Source: Nitrospinales bacterium (lineage in GTDB: Bacteria > Nitrospinota > Nitrospinia > Nitrospinales > VA-1). From it: 64,000 nucleotides of DNA. The notes beneath the pieces are model-generated. The model searched no databases, was not told where the DNA came from, and saw only the letters and a program-made list of their open reading frames with translations. The translations under genes and the position numbers were made by a program. Shown here piece by piece: positions 39,627-49,548 of the stretch; positions within the stretch are counted from its first letter, which is position 1; every line of letters starts with the position of its first letter. The stretch covers positions 3,168,001 to 3,232,000 of the forward strand of contig CBDCWG010000012.1 of assembly GCA_965223345.1 (NCBI GenBank), in the 5' to 3' direction.

Positions 39627-40784
39627 TCAATCATCCCAGTCTTCGCCTCTGTCATGCCCGCGATCACGATCGTAACGCGGCCGATGGGGCCAATGGGGCC
39701 GATCTTCCTCTGTCACGCTCAGCTGCCTTGAGGGAACGCAGAGCACATCGGGCCGGCTGAGTTTGAACTCCTGCTCACCGAACTGGTTGACGATTTCGAT
39801 TTTCAGTCTATCGCTTCCCCTTGTCCACACCCGGTAACAGGTCAGAGCGTTGTCGGCATTGATGATGCCTTCACCGTTCTTGTCCACGGGCACGCAATAG
39901 GACTCCGCCCTTCGGCTCAGCCGGACATTATCCCTGTCAATGAACGGATCCTTAAGATCCACCTTGAGGCGGTCGAGCCGGGTGGCGCGATCGACGTCAT
40001 AGCACAGAAAATGATCGATCGCGGGACCGACCGGTTCGGCGTCGCCAACTAGGATCTGGATTTCAGCCCGCGCCACCACCTCCCCTTCCGCATTTCTTGC
40101 CAGAAGATAAATGATGTAGTTCCCGTCCACCGTGGGATCGAACCCGCTAAAAGGAGGGATATCGTCGAAAAATTCGTAGTTCCATGAATTCTGGGCGACG
40201 TTGTTGTCCTCCAGCAAATCCAGATAGTCCGATGCGTTACTGGCGGAAATTCCGCCGCCGTTTGCGGTGCTGTTGTTGCCAATGGCGTGATCGTAAATAG
40301 GATCGGGTAGCGGATCGGGGTTGATGTTGTCGAAAATGAGGAAGGTTGCGCCAGGGCCCGGATCGAAATCCAGCCCCAGCTCGTAGGTGAGATCATCCAG
40401 GTTGAGTCCGGAACTGCCGTCGAAGTTGGTGTTGACCGACCATTCGAAACTCCACTCCGGTGTGTTGTTGGGTGGTTCGTCGAAGCTGAATCCAACGGCA
40501 TTGCGAGCGGCGAAATTATAGGTTCCGTTGCTGTTGCTGTTGAAGGTGTTTTCGGGGTTGTTGAGGGCATTGAACCGGAGTTTGCCCCGCAGCCCGATTT
40601 CGACGCCGTTGCGGCGATCGGTGATGAAGCTTCCGTTGAGGTTGCCGGAGCCGAAGATCACCTCCGGAGTGACGTCTTGCTCGTACTGGACAACGGCTGA
40701 AGCGCCGGTGGTTCCCCAGACTGTAAAGACAAAGAGAGCCGACACCGCAAGCAGGATGGATTTCAGATTTCCCAGCAATTTCAT
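39627..40784 (-). CDS. Secreted acidic Asn-rich surface protein with C-terminal Cys-containing (DHFLCY) domain
   Basis: Signal peptide; DVTPEVIFGSGN...VAQNSWN domain; DHFLCY..YCVPVDKN..LTCY..NQFG..LCVPS. Confidence 0.75.
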   Translation of the reverse strand: MKLLGNLKSILLAVSALFVFTVWGTTGASAVVQYEQDVTPEVIFGSGNLNGSFITDRRNGVEIGLRGKLRFNALNNPENTFNSNSNGTYNFAARNAVGFSFDEPPNNTPEWSFEWSVNTNFDGSSGLNLDDLTYELGLDFDPGPGATFLIFDNINPDPLPDPIYDHAIGNNSTANGGGISASNASDYLDLLEDNNVAQNSWNYEFFDDIPPFSGFDPTVDGNYIIYLLARNAEGEVVARAEIQILVGDAEPVGPAIDHFLCYDVDRATRLDRLKVDLKDPFIDRDNVRLSRRAESYCVPVDKNGEGIINADNALTCYRVWTRGSDRLKIEIVNQFGEQEFKLSRPDVLCVPSRQLSVTEEDRPHWPHRPRYDRDRGHDRGEDWDD

Positions 40785-41063
40785 AGGATTCTCTCCTCTC
40801 AATGAACTTGAATTTTGTGGAACTTGAGCGGACTCAACTGCGCGGCGTGCGGGTAATCAAGAAACCTGGGGGGATCGACAATCGAGGGCAAAAGAAACAA
40901 TTGCCATACCTTCTTAACGGCAGTTATTTCTGAGGATGTATTGGATAATCCGATTTTTTTCGGGAATCGGAATATTTTTTCGAATTTCAAAACCGCTCTG
41001 TGAAAAGAAATTTCACATGGCGATGGGCCGGGGAAATCGATCAGCCTGCCGTGTCGTGGGCGG

Positions 41064-41828
41064 TCAACGCTTGAGGATGCTCTGGGAAAAGTATTTTTTG
41101 GGGATCTTCACGTCGAATTCGATCGTGTCGAACACGTAGGTGGTTTTGGTGTTTTCCTTGAGCGCGTCGCGGAAGATCATGCGGCGCGGGAACAGCCGCT
41201 CGCCCAGCGGCCGGTAATCGAGGAATTCCACCTTCTTGAGCAGCTTGCCGCCCTTGGCGTACAACTCCTCGCGGTGGACGATCTCCTTCACCGGGTCCAC
41301 CCACAGCCGACGGGTCTGGTAGGTCGTGGTCTTGTCGTGCGCGGTCAGAAACAGGACACAGCAATCGGGCGCGTCCCGCTCCCCTTCCAGGGTGGCGGCG
41401 TAGGCGGCGCTCAGCTTTTTGTCCTCCATCATGTCCTCGTAGGAAAGGTCGCTGCCCATCATCGACTGGCGCAGCATGTGCCCTGCGATCAGGATCTTGC
41501 GGTCGGTGCGCGGCGTGTACATCCACAGCTTGTCTTCGATCTTGAGCATCTTGGTGCCCTTCTCGCGCGGCGGCGACTTGTAATCGGTGAAGGAGCGCTC
41601 GACGCCTTGCATCCAGGCTTCCCAGGTGAGGGTGCGTTCCTTGCGGCCGTTGTCGATGATGAGCTTGCCTTCGATGTGCTTGGTGTTCGCCCACAGGTTG
41701 TCGTCGATCCGCTCGAGCAGTTGCTGCGGGTCTTCCTCCTGCGCGTGCAGGGAAACGGCGGTCAGGATCGCAACTGCGGCTGTCAATGCCAGCAGCCGGT
41801 GCGTGTGCTTGTGTGATGAAAACGTCAT
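41064..41828 (-). CDS. LolA-like outer-membrane lipoprotein-sorting protein
   Basis: SPPREKGTKMLK...LWMY, MMGSDLSYEDM, YFSQSIL. Confidence 0.85.
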   Translation of the reverse strand: MTFSSHKHTHRLLALTAAVAILTAVSLHAQEEDPQQLLERIDDNLWANTKHIEGKLIIDNGRKERTLTWEAWMQGVERSFTDYKSPPREKGTKMLKIEDKLWMYTPRTDRKILIAGHMLRQSMMGSDLSYEDMMEDKKLSAAYAATLEGERDAPDCCVLFLTAHDKTTTYQTRRLWVDPVKEIVHREELYAKGGKLLKKVEFLDYRPLGERLFPRRMIFRDALKENTKTTYVFDTIEFDVKIPKKYFSQSILKR

Positions 41829-41829
41829 G

Positions 41830-43131
41830 TCATCCGGCCTCCAGTTCCCGGAACAGACTCGCTTCGGAGCGTTTGAAAATACCGATGCTGGCGAAGAAAC
41901 TGCCGAGCAGGCTGGCGGTCAGGCCGGGAATCACTCCCAGGATGAACGCTTCGGCGCTCATGCGGCCACGCGCCACGTCGGTGAGCATCAATCCGGTCTG
42001 CGCAAAGGCATCGCCCATGTTGATCCCCACTTCCTGCAGGTAGTAGACGATGCTGCCGCCGATGACACAGCCGGCCAGCGAACCGAGAATGCCGATCATC
42101 AGCGCTTCGAGCCCGAGCATCGCCACCAGCTTCCAATGAGTCTGCCCCATGGCCAGCCACAACCCGAGCTCGCCGAAGCGGTGGATGACGTTGAGCACCC
42201 CCGCGTTCCACAGCACCAGCCCCATCAGCAGGATGAAGATTCCCACCAGGATTTTCTTGATCACTTCAAATATATCAGCGAGGCTCTGCAGGTTTCTTTG
42301 CTCGAGAATCGACAGGATGATCGGCTCGTCGTCCTTCGCCCAATCCGCCGGCGGGTCGGCGAGCAGCGGCGGCATGCGCGACTGGATGCCGTCTTTGATT
42401 CCCGCGTATTTCTTGTAGCCCACATTGTCCGGCAGGTAGCCGAGCCAGTCGGTGACCATGTCTTCCATGTAGAACGAATCCTGCGCGTCGGCGAGATCGA
42501 TCAACGCCATTTTCTTGTCCATCGCAAACACGCCGAAACGGATGATGCCCACGGCGGTGTAATTGTCCGCCGCCAGGCCGCCGTCGAAACTCTGCCCCAG
42601 CAGCGTCACCGTGTTTCCCGGCCGGATCTCCAGATCCTTCGCCAGCTCGTGGCCGACCAGCATCTCCTTGGGGTTTTGCGGCAGCCTGCCTTCTTCCAGC
42701 ACCTTCTCCAGATTGAAGCGTTCCTTTTCCGGGGAGCCGGGCGACAACAGGTCCAGAGCCATGCCGGTGACCGGCGTCTGGCTGCGCGTCTCTCCCTCAT
42801 CGTCGGGCACGTCCATGATGGCGCCCCAGCGGATGCGCGGTGACCACTGGATTCTCGGATCGCTGTTATCCTTGAGCCAGGCCCCGGTCTGCTTCTGCGC
42901 GGCGAGCGCCCGGTCCATCGGATTCAAAAACTCCTCTTCGTAAAACGGTTTGTTGACGAAGCGCAGGTGACCGGTGTCGAGGTTGGCGGTCATGTCGATC
43001 ATGTCCGCGAAATTGCCGTCGATGAAGCCGAGAAAAAACACCACCAGCGCGACGCCGACGGTCACCACGGAAAACGGAAACAGCGAGCGGGTCTTGTCGC
43101 GCAGAATGCCGGTGAGAATCCAGCGGATCAT
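41830..43131 (-). CDS. ABC transporter permease, FtsX/LolE-like
   Basis: N-terminal TM, large periplasmic loop, RFGELG..LAMG, three C-terminal TMs. Confidence 0.88.
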   Translation of the reverse strand: MIRWILTGILRDKTRSLFPFSVVTVGVALVVFFLGFIDGNFADMIDMTANLDTGHLRFVNKPFYEEEFLNPMDRALAAQKQTGAWLKDNSDPRIQWSPRIRWGAIMDVPDDEGETRSQTPVTGMALDLLSPGSPEKERFNLEKVLEEGRLPQNPKEMLVGHELAKDLEIRPGNTVTLLGQSFDGGLAADNYTAVGIIRFGVFAMDKKMALIDLADAQDSFYMEDMVTDWLGYLPDNVGYKKYAGIKDGIQSRMPPLLADPPADWAKDDEPIILSILEQRNLQSLADIFEVIKKILVGIFILLMGLVLWNAGVLNVIHRFGELGLWLAMGQTHWKLVAMLGLEALMIGILGSLAGCVIGGSIVYYLQEVGINMGDAFAQTGLMLTDVARGRMSAEAFILGVIPGLTASLLGSFFASIGIFKRSEASLFRELEAG

Positions 43132-44297
43132 GTGATCCCCCTGCCGCGCAGCGCGAGTGTGGGATCGAGCCTGGAGATTTTGCGCACCGGCAGCCAGGAG
43201 ATCAGCACCATGATGGCGACGATGACCACGCCGGTCAGGACCACCTGCCAGGGAACGATGTCGAGGTACACCCGCTCGCGCACGGGGATGCTGGATTCGG
43301 CCAGGTGCGACACGTCGAGACCGACGCTTTGAAACCAGCCGAGAAACAGCGTGCCGAGAATGAGGGCGGCGAACACCGAGACGAACGCGGCGAGGCTGCC
43401 TTCCAGCGTGAACAGCCGCACGACCTGCCCCGGCGTCATGCCGAGCGCCATGAAGGTGCCGATCTCCTTCTGGCGCTTGAAGATGTTCGAGATCTGCGAA
43501 TTGAACACGCTGATGCCCGCCAGGAATATAAGAATGCCCCAGGTGATGCGGGCGTATTTCTTGTCCTGCTCCAGCAGGTTTATAAGATCGAACATCAGAT
43601 CTTCGACGCTGAGATACTCCAGCCCTGCGACCTCACCCTTTGGTTCGTCCACGGCGACCCAGGTCACCTCGTCGTGGCGCAGCGTCATGGCGCGCAGATG
43701 GTCGAGCCGGAGCCAGATGACCCCTTCGTCCACTCGTGCGTTGATGATGCGGGCCACATCGACGATCACCGCATCGCGCGCATCGACGACGCCGTTCTTG
43801 TCGCGCCATTTGAGGACGACGGTGTCGTCTTTCTTGAGGTGCGCTTTTCTCGCCATGGCGGTGCCCAGCACCACCGGCACCCGGTCGCCGACTTCGTCTC
43901 CCCATTCCGCCAGCCCCTGCAGGGGAACTTCCAAAAGCTTCTGCCCCATCTCGATGCCGCGCAGCTGCACCGGAAACAGCCTTCGGTTGGGAAAGATCTG
44001 GCCCTGCAGGATCAGCACTTCCGCTTTCTTATCCGCCGGCAGCGCGCGCAACGCCTGCGGAACCTTTAAGGTGTGGTCCTCCCATTCGGTGGGCGTCAGC
44101 AGGTCGAAGCCGGGAACGCGGTAGTGGCCGCCGGCCACGTCCACCCGCACCATGTTGCGGGTGGCCTGGGCCTGGAAGCCGTTGTACATGGAAACATTGA
44201 ACACGACGGTGACCATGGCGATGGCGGTCACCAGTACATTGAGAATGGAGCGCACACCCTGGCCGCAGAAATTCTTCCAGGCGATGTGCCAGATCAT
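43128..44297 (-). CDS. ABC transporter permease, FtsX/LolC-like
   Basis: IAWKN, RQKEIGTFMALG, PVRKISRLDPTLALR. Confidence 0.88.
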   Translation of the reverse strand: MIWHIAWKNFCGQGVRSILNVLVTAIAMVTVVFNVSMYNGFQAQATRNMVRVDVAGGHYRVPGFDLLTPTEWEDHTLKVPQALRALPADKKAEVLILQGQIFPNRRLFPVQLRGIEMGQKLLEVPLQGLAEWGDEVGDRVPVVLGTAMARKAHLKKDDTVVLKWRDKNGVVDARDAVIVDVARIINARVDEGVIWLRLDHLRAMTLRHDEVTWVAVDEPKGEVAGLEYLSVEDLMFDLINLLEQDKKYARITWGILIFLAGISVFNSQISNIFKRQKEIGTFMALGMTPGQVVRLFTLEGSLAAFVSVFAALILGTLFLGWFQSVGLDVSHLAESSIPVRERVYLDIVPWQVVLTGVVIVAIMVLISWLPVRKISRLDPTLALRGRGIT

Positions 44298-45001
44298 TCG
44301 AGCACCCCGTCGCCGTTGCGTTTCTTGTCCCAGCAGACTCTTCCGTCTTCCAGCCCCACTTCCCGGTGCACGTATTTTGTGACCTTTTCGTCGTGCGTGG
44401 AAAAAATGAACGCGGCCTTGAGTTCCTTGTTGAGGGCGCGCATCAACTCCAGCACCTGATAGGAGTTTTCCGCATCCAGGTTGGCGGTGGGTTCGTCCGC
44501 CAGCACCAGGTTGGGTTTTTTGACGAGGGCGCGGGCGATGGCGACGCGCTGGCACTGACCGCCGGAAAGTTCCGCCGGTTTCTTGTTCGCCTGCGGACCG
44601 AGCCCGACTTTTTCCACCAGATCCATCACGCTGTCCTTCACCTGCGGCTCCTTGTCGCCGTTGAGCAGCAGGGGAAACAGCACGTTTTCGTAAACCGTAT
44701 ACACCGGCAGCAGATTGTAGGTCTGAAACACGAACCCCAGGTGCTGCCGCCGGTATTGGGCCAGCTCCTTACGCGTGAGATCGTTCAGGTTCAGATCTTT
44801 AAAGCGGATCGTGCCGGAGGTCGGCGTGTCCAGCCCGCCGATGAGGTTGAGCAGGGTGGTCTTCCCCGATCCGGAAGGACCGACGAAGGACATGAACGAG
44901 CCGGCTTCGATGTCCAGGCTGATTTCGTGCAGGGCCATGAAATCCTGGGCGCCGACGCGGTACACCTTGACGATCTTGTCGATGTGAATCAGTGGCGACA
45001 T
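44294..45001 (-). CDS. ABC transporter ATP-binding protein (LolD-like)
   Basis: GPSGSGKTT, LSGGQCQRVAIARAL, DEPTANLD, STHD. Confidence 0.95.
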   Translation of the reverse strand: MSPLIHIDKIVKVYRVGAQDFMALHEISLDIEAGSFMSFVGPSGSGKTTLLNLIGGLDTPTSGTIRFKDLNLNDLTRKELAQYRRQHLGFVFQTYNLLPVYTVYENVLFPLLLNGDKEPQVKDSVMDLVEKVGLGPQANKKPAELSGGQCQRVAIARALVKKPNLVLADEPTANLDAENSYQVLELMRALNKELKAAFIFSTHDEKVTKYVHREVGLEDGRVCWDKKRNGDGVLE

Positions 45002-45024
45002 GCAGTGTGCGAACGAGAGAGGGA

Positions 45025-46155
45025 TCAGAAATAGGCGACCAGTGTCAGCCCGATGCGGGATTCGGAGCCGTTGAACACTTCGGTCTCTCTGAAGAGGCTG
45101 CCGAATTTTTCCCCGGACCGGGTCCTGCCGCCCCAGCGGCCGTCGAGATATAAAAATAGTTCATTGGTTATAGCATACTCTATCTGCGGGGCGATCTGGA
45201 AGGTTCCGTCGCGCAGGTCGTAAAGGGTGAACACCTGCCAGACGATGTCGATGCCGACGGGCTGATCGAACAGCAGGCCGAGCTGATGCAGGGTGCGGTT
45301 CAGGGTGGGATCGCGCGGTGTAAAACCTTTCTCGCGCGTGGAGAAAAAATATTCCAGCAGAACGTGCAGGCCGTCGCCGACATTGAAGGTGTAGTCGGCG
45401 CCCAGCACGGTGTCGAAGCGCACGGCGTCGCGGCCCTGCTTGAGTTCGACGTCGAACCGGCTCTCGTTCCAGTAGGCGATGTTTTTCTCGCCCTTGAAAT
45501 GATACCCGAGCTGCACCAGCTCCTGACCGAAATCGGGCAGGTCCTCAAGGTCGGTGCTGGGGTGGTACTGCACCACGAAACCGGTTTCCACATCTGCCAG
45601 CAGGCCTTCCCAGCGCAATCCGGTGATGACGTTTTCCTCCAGCTTGCCCGGCACCGCCCAGCCCTGGATGGAGGTCGTGTCGTCGAAAAAATAATCCGCG
45701 CGCAAGCCGTCCACGCCGCGGGTTTCGGGCACCACGCCGGTGACGTCGCGCGTGTCGAAAAAACCCAGGGGACGGAAGATGGCTCCCGCGCCGAACAGGA
45801 TCTTCTGCCGCCCTCCCCTCACCTTGGCCTTGTCGGTGCCGAACCGGAGCCAGGCGCGGAAAAAATCGATGTCGGTGGAGCGGCGCAGCCCGGACTGCAC
45901 GCTGGGGCCGTCGGCGAACTTGGCGTCACCGGACAGCTCGTAATCGAGGCTGTAGCGCTCGTTGCTCCAGGCGTTGCCGAGCACGCCGAGGCGCAGTTCG
46001 GCCTCGCTGTCGAAATCCTTGTGGTTGGGCGGGGAGTCGATGATGTAGGAGCTGCCGGCTTTCACCCGGCCTTCGAAAGCCCAGTCGAAGGCGAGGGATT
46101 CGGCATGCAATGACAAAACGAGTAAAACGGGAATGAAGACGTGCGCGAGGGTCAG
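45025..46155 (-). CDS. Probable outer-membrane beta-barrel protein
   Basis: Signal-like N-terminus, GRQKI.FG, GVDGLR, C-terminal aromatic (AYF); start uncertain. Confidence 0.7.
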   Translation of the reverse strand: MTLAHVFIPVLLVLSLHAESLAFDWAFEGRVKAGSSYIIDSPPNHKDFDSEAELRLGVLGNAWSNERYSLDYELSGDAKFADGPSVQSGLRRSTDIDFFRAWLRFGTDKAKVRGGRQKILFGAGAIFRPLGFFDTRDVTGVVPETRGVDGLRADYFFDDTTSIQGWAVPGKLEENVITGLRWEGLLADVETGFVVQYHPSTDLEDLPDFGQELVQLGYHFKGEKNIAYWNESRFDVELKQGRDAVRFDTVLGADYTFNVGDGLHVLLEYFFSTREKGFTPRDPTLNRTLHQLGLLFDQPVGIDIVWQVFTLYDLRDGTFQIAPQIEYAITNELFLYLDGRWGGRTRSGEKFGSLFRETEVFNGSESRIGLTLVAYF

Positions 46156-47306
46156 GCGCGGGCGGCCTCGATGGCGGCTGCGATTTTTCTGCAAATGGAT
46201 TCCCAATTGTACGTTTCCAGGACCGCTTTGCGGCCGTTCTCCCCGAGGGTGCGGCGCTGCCCGGGATCTTCCATCAGCTCGACGATGGGCGGAATCCAGG
46301 CCTGCGCGTTTTGCGAGTGTATGAGTTTGCCACTTTGCGTGGACTGGATCAAGGCGTCCATCCCCCCGACCGCGTTGCTGACGATGGGTTTGCCGCAGGC
46401 CATGTAATCGAAAATTTTCAACGGGGAAATGCCGGGCTTGTCGGAAAAGGAGCCCAGGCAGATGTCGGCCGCATTGATATAATACGGCACTTCCTCAAAA
46501 AGTTTCTCGCCAAAAAGAGTGACGGTGTTTTCCAGGCCGTTTTCCCGCACCATCCGTTCCACCTGCGTGCGCTGCTCGCCCTCGCCCACGATCATGAGAT
46601 GGATGCCGGGGATCTTCTCTGCCAATGCGGGCATCGCGCCGACGATCTGATCGAGCCCGTGCCAGCGTTTGAGCGACCCAATGAAAATGAGATACGGATT
46701 GTCCGCCTCCAGGTGCAACTGCTCGCGGCAGCGCGCCTGATCCATCGGCTTGAACAGCTCGGGGTTCGCGCCGTTCGACACGACGCAAAAATGCTCGGGT
46801 TTGAGGCGGTACTCGCGGCAGAGGATTTCCTGCAGCTGGCCCGAGGAGGTCACCATCTTGTGGGCCATGCGGAACACGATGCGCTCCATGCGCCGGGTCA
46901 GCTTGATGACCCAGTCGGGATTGTCGTGGATCTTCTGCTCCACGAAAGAAAGTCCGTTGACTTCGATGACGTAGGTGAAGTCCAGCACGTAGCGCAGCCA
47001 GGTGACGAGCCACTCCATCTGTTGATGGCGGGTGTATACGACGTCGGGCCGCTGCCTGAAGTAGTGAGCGAGAAAATAAAACAACAGGAAGAAGTAGAAG
47101 GAGATGAAGGTCACGGCCGGGTGACGCCAGCCCACCGGAACGTAGACGGTCTGGATCCCCTCGGTTTCAGGCCGCGAGCCCATGTCCGGCACAAACAGGG
47201 TGACGGTGTGCCCGAGCCTGGCGAACTGGCGGCAGAATTCGGTGACGTGACGCGAACTCGCGTCCATGTAGGCGATGTCGATCCTGGCAAAATAGAAGAT
47301 GCGCAT
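46152..47306 (-). CDS. Glycosyltransferase family 4
   Basis: FIGSLKRWHG, SPLKIFDYMACGKPIV, YNW. Confidence 0.92.
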   Translation of the reverse strand: MRIFYFARIDIAYMDASSRHVTEFCRQFARLGHTVTLFVPDMGSRPETEGIQTVYVPVGWRHPAVTFISFYFFLLFYFLAHYFRQRPDVVYTRHQQMEWLVTWLRYVLDFTYVIEVNGLSFVEQKIHDNPDWVIKLTRRMERIVFRMAHKMVTSSGQLQEILCREYRLKPEHFCVVSNGANPELFKPMDQARCREQLHLEADNPYLIFIGSLKRWHGLDQIVGAMPALAEKIPGIHLMIVGEGEQRTQVERMVRENGLENTVTLFGEKLFEEVPYYINAADICLGSFSDKPGISPLKIFDYMACGKPIVSNAVGGMDALIQSTQSGKLIHSQNAQAWIPPIVELMEDPGQRRTLGENGRKAVLETYNWESICRKIAAAIEAARA

Positions 47307-47353
47307 GGCTGCGGTGGCGGGGACTCCTGGGCGCGGCGGGGGTTATCCCGGCC

Positions 47354-48382
47354 TCACGCGGGTTTGGAGGATTCGCTGACGATCTTCCATTGTCCGCCCT
47401 CTTTTTTCCAGATGAGGACCTTGTGACGGATATCGGAAAAACTGTCCGACTTGAAACTCTCGATGAAGGTCATCTCGATGGTGTCGCCCTTTTCCTGGAT
47501 GATGACGTCGTTCACCTCGACATGAATGCCGTTGTTCTGCTTCAAAAACTGCGCCCGGTTTTTCTGCCAGTCCTTGTAGGCCACCCCGTCGCCGGTGAAC
47601 TGGTTCGAGTAAAAGGAAAAGTACGCGTCCATCTGCTTTTTCTGCCAGGCCTGCAGCCAGACGAGAAACTGCGACAGCACCACGTCGATGGAATTTTCCG
47701 CATCGTCGTTCGCCGGCACCGCGGCCGGGGCCTGAGGTGGCTCGATTCGGGCGGTTTCGGTCTTTTCAGGTGCGGTCTTTTCGGGCTTAGGCGCCTGCTT
47801 TGCGGTCTGTTCTTTCGGTTCGGCTACGGGAATGGCGGGCACCGGCCTTACTTTGGCGATTTGCTCCGCTTCGGGTTCGGGTTTCGCTTCGGCCACCGCT
47901 TTGGGGGTCTCAGGCGATTCCTCGGCTTCGAGCATCGCAAGGACCTCCGGTTCGTCGCCCTCAAAAGCCGGTTTGATCACCGCGGGCTTTTTGACGACCG
48001 GTTTTTTCGCAACCCGTTGGGGTTTGTTCACCGGGGCGCCGTTCTGCGCCGAGGCGTTGCGGGTGCGCACGATAATAGGCTGCATTTTGTGCGACTCCAC
48101 CAGCGCGGCTTTGACCTGCACGGCTTCCTCGCGGGTGGCGTAGGGCCCCACGCGGACTTTGTACCAGAGATCGTTTGAGGAGGTTTCCACCGTGTAGGTG
48201 GTGTAGCCCTCCTTTTGCAGCTTGCGGACCAGCCGGTCTGCATTGGCCTTGATGCGGAAGGAGTTCAGTTGCAGGGCGAACGACGTCTCGGCCCCGTTGG
48301 AGACAGCCGGCGCAAACCACCCGCACACGAATATCAGCGCCCAAACGAAGGCTTTGGCGCTGCGCAGCGGGCTGGGGTCCAT
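47354..48382 (-). CDS. SPOR domain protein with C-terminal NTF2-like domain
   Basis: Signal peptide, WYKVRVGPY SPOR motif, Pro/Glu/Lys linker, W..AWQ...YFSFYS...WKIVSE; start uncertain (48382 or 48397). Confidence 0.8.
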   Translation of the reverse strand: MDPSPLRSAKAFVWALIFVCGWFAPAVSNGAETSFALQLNSFRIKANADRLVRKLQKEGYTTYTVETSSNDLWYKVRVGPYATREEAVQVKAALVESHKMQPIIVRTRNASAQNGAPVNKPQRVAKKPVVKKPAVIKPAFEGDEPEVLAMLEAEESPETPKAVAEAKPEPEAEQIAKVRPVPAIPVAEPKEQTAKQAPKPEKTAPEKTETARIEPPQAPAAVPANDDAENSIDVVLSQFLVWLQAWQKKQMDAYFSFYSNQFTGDGVAYKDWQKNRAQFLKQNNGIHVEVNDVIIQEKGDTIEMTFIESFKSDSFSDIRHKVLIWKKEGGQWKIVSESSKPA

Positions 48383-48808
48383 TTTTTGAGATCGCATCGG
48401 GTCTGGCTGTCTGGCTGTCACGTTGAAGACTCCTCCATCCGGAATTCGGTTTTTCACTTCGGGCCGGTGCCGCACGCACCGCATGCGTCCGGAGCGTTGC
48501 TGGCAACTCCGTAGGCCCTAAGTTATCAATGTATTATATGGTAATTATTATATAATAGTTTGCGATCGGGAACAGCCAAAAAATGAAGGATTTTGCCCAA
48601 ACGGGTGAAAAAAGGCGGTCCCGGAGGTGCCCGCACTGCCCTGTGAAGGCGGCGGGAGCGGGCCGAATCGGGTCGAAAATGGCAGGAAAAGCGGGTCCGG
48701 CGGCGCGCCGCCGGGCGCGGCACGCATACTCAAAACCCATAAAAACAGGCTATTTACGGCATAAACCGAGATGTATCACCTGAACCTGAAGCCGCCGGCG
48801 GCCGGATG

Positions 48809-49297
48809 TTAAAGTAACTTCTTAAGGTAGGGCACCAGCTGGTTCGCCCCGACTCCCGGAGACCGGGCTTTCAGGACGCCGTCTTTGTCGATTATCAGAA
48901 TTGTCGGCATATCCCTTTGTTTATAGACTTTATGCACGGACTGGTCGGGATCCAGCAGATAGGTGAACTGCACCGGCTTGGGGAATCCATTCAGGTAGTC
49001 GGTCACCGCCTTTTTCGAGTCGCCGCTGGTGTTGATGCCGAGAATCACCAGGTCCTCGGAGGGGACCTGTTCGCGCACCTTGTTGAATTCCAGCGCCTGG
49101 TTCATGCAGGGGACGCAGATATGGAACATGCCGATCAGCACGACTTTGCCCTTGAGCGATTCCAGGGAAACCGGTTCGCCGCCGGCCACCGGGCTGAGGC
49201 TGAAGCCGGGCGCAGGGTCTCCGGCCGTGGGGGCCGCAGCCTGGACCGGAAGCGCGGATAAAAGAAAAATTGCCAGAAAACTCAATAATTTAGTCAT
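48809..49297 (-). CDS. Secreted TlpA/peroxiredoxin-like thioredoxin-fold protein
   Basis: Signal peptide; APGFSL, LKGKVVL, CVPC, MPTILIID. Confidence 0.85.
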   Translation of the reverse strand: MTKLLSFLAIFLLSALPVQAAAPTAGDPAPGFSLSPVAGGEPVSLESLKGKVVLIGMFHICVPCMNQALEFNKVREQVPSEDLVILGINTSGDSKKAVTDYLNGFPKPVQFTYLLDPDQSVHKVYKQRDMPTILIIDKDGVLKARSPGVGANQLVPYLKKLL

Positions 49298-49308
49298 AGG
49301 ATTATTTT

Positions 49309-49336
49309 GGGAATAAATTGGATAAACGGGTCTCTT
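49309..49336 (+). promoter_or_regulatory. Candidate ECF sigma promoter GGGAATAA-N13-GTCTCTT
   Basis: Matches the motif at 28373, 60311 (-) and 61079; upstream of the 49549-53570 operon. Confidence 0.55.
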
Positions 49337-49548
49337 ATCTGGGTGAATTTGCTTTCATTTTAAATCAGCCCAAGCTGTCGGGAAAGTCTATTCGCACGAC
49401 ATTTTTTCGGCAACCCTCCCGTCCGTCATCGGGATTTTTCCGCATCCCGCCCTTTGTACCTCCAAAAGGGAAATTGCATCGACCTTGACAGCAAAACTTT
49501 GTTATTATATTAAAACAATAGTCCTTAAATTCTCCCGTATCCAAATCC

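Noticed and set aside
40799..40990. 63-aa ORF with IVDPPR as a second arrest-type leader
   Set aside because: No signal peptide or metal motif, the motif is internal, and the region looks like an AT-rich promoter
48520..48570. AT-rich palindromic patch as a Fur box or replication origin
   Set aside because: Only about 11/19 to the Fur consensus and no DnaA-box cluster seen; more simply a promoter region for the SPOR gene
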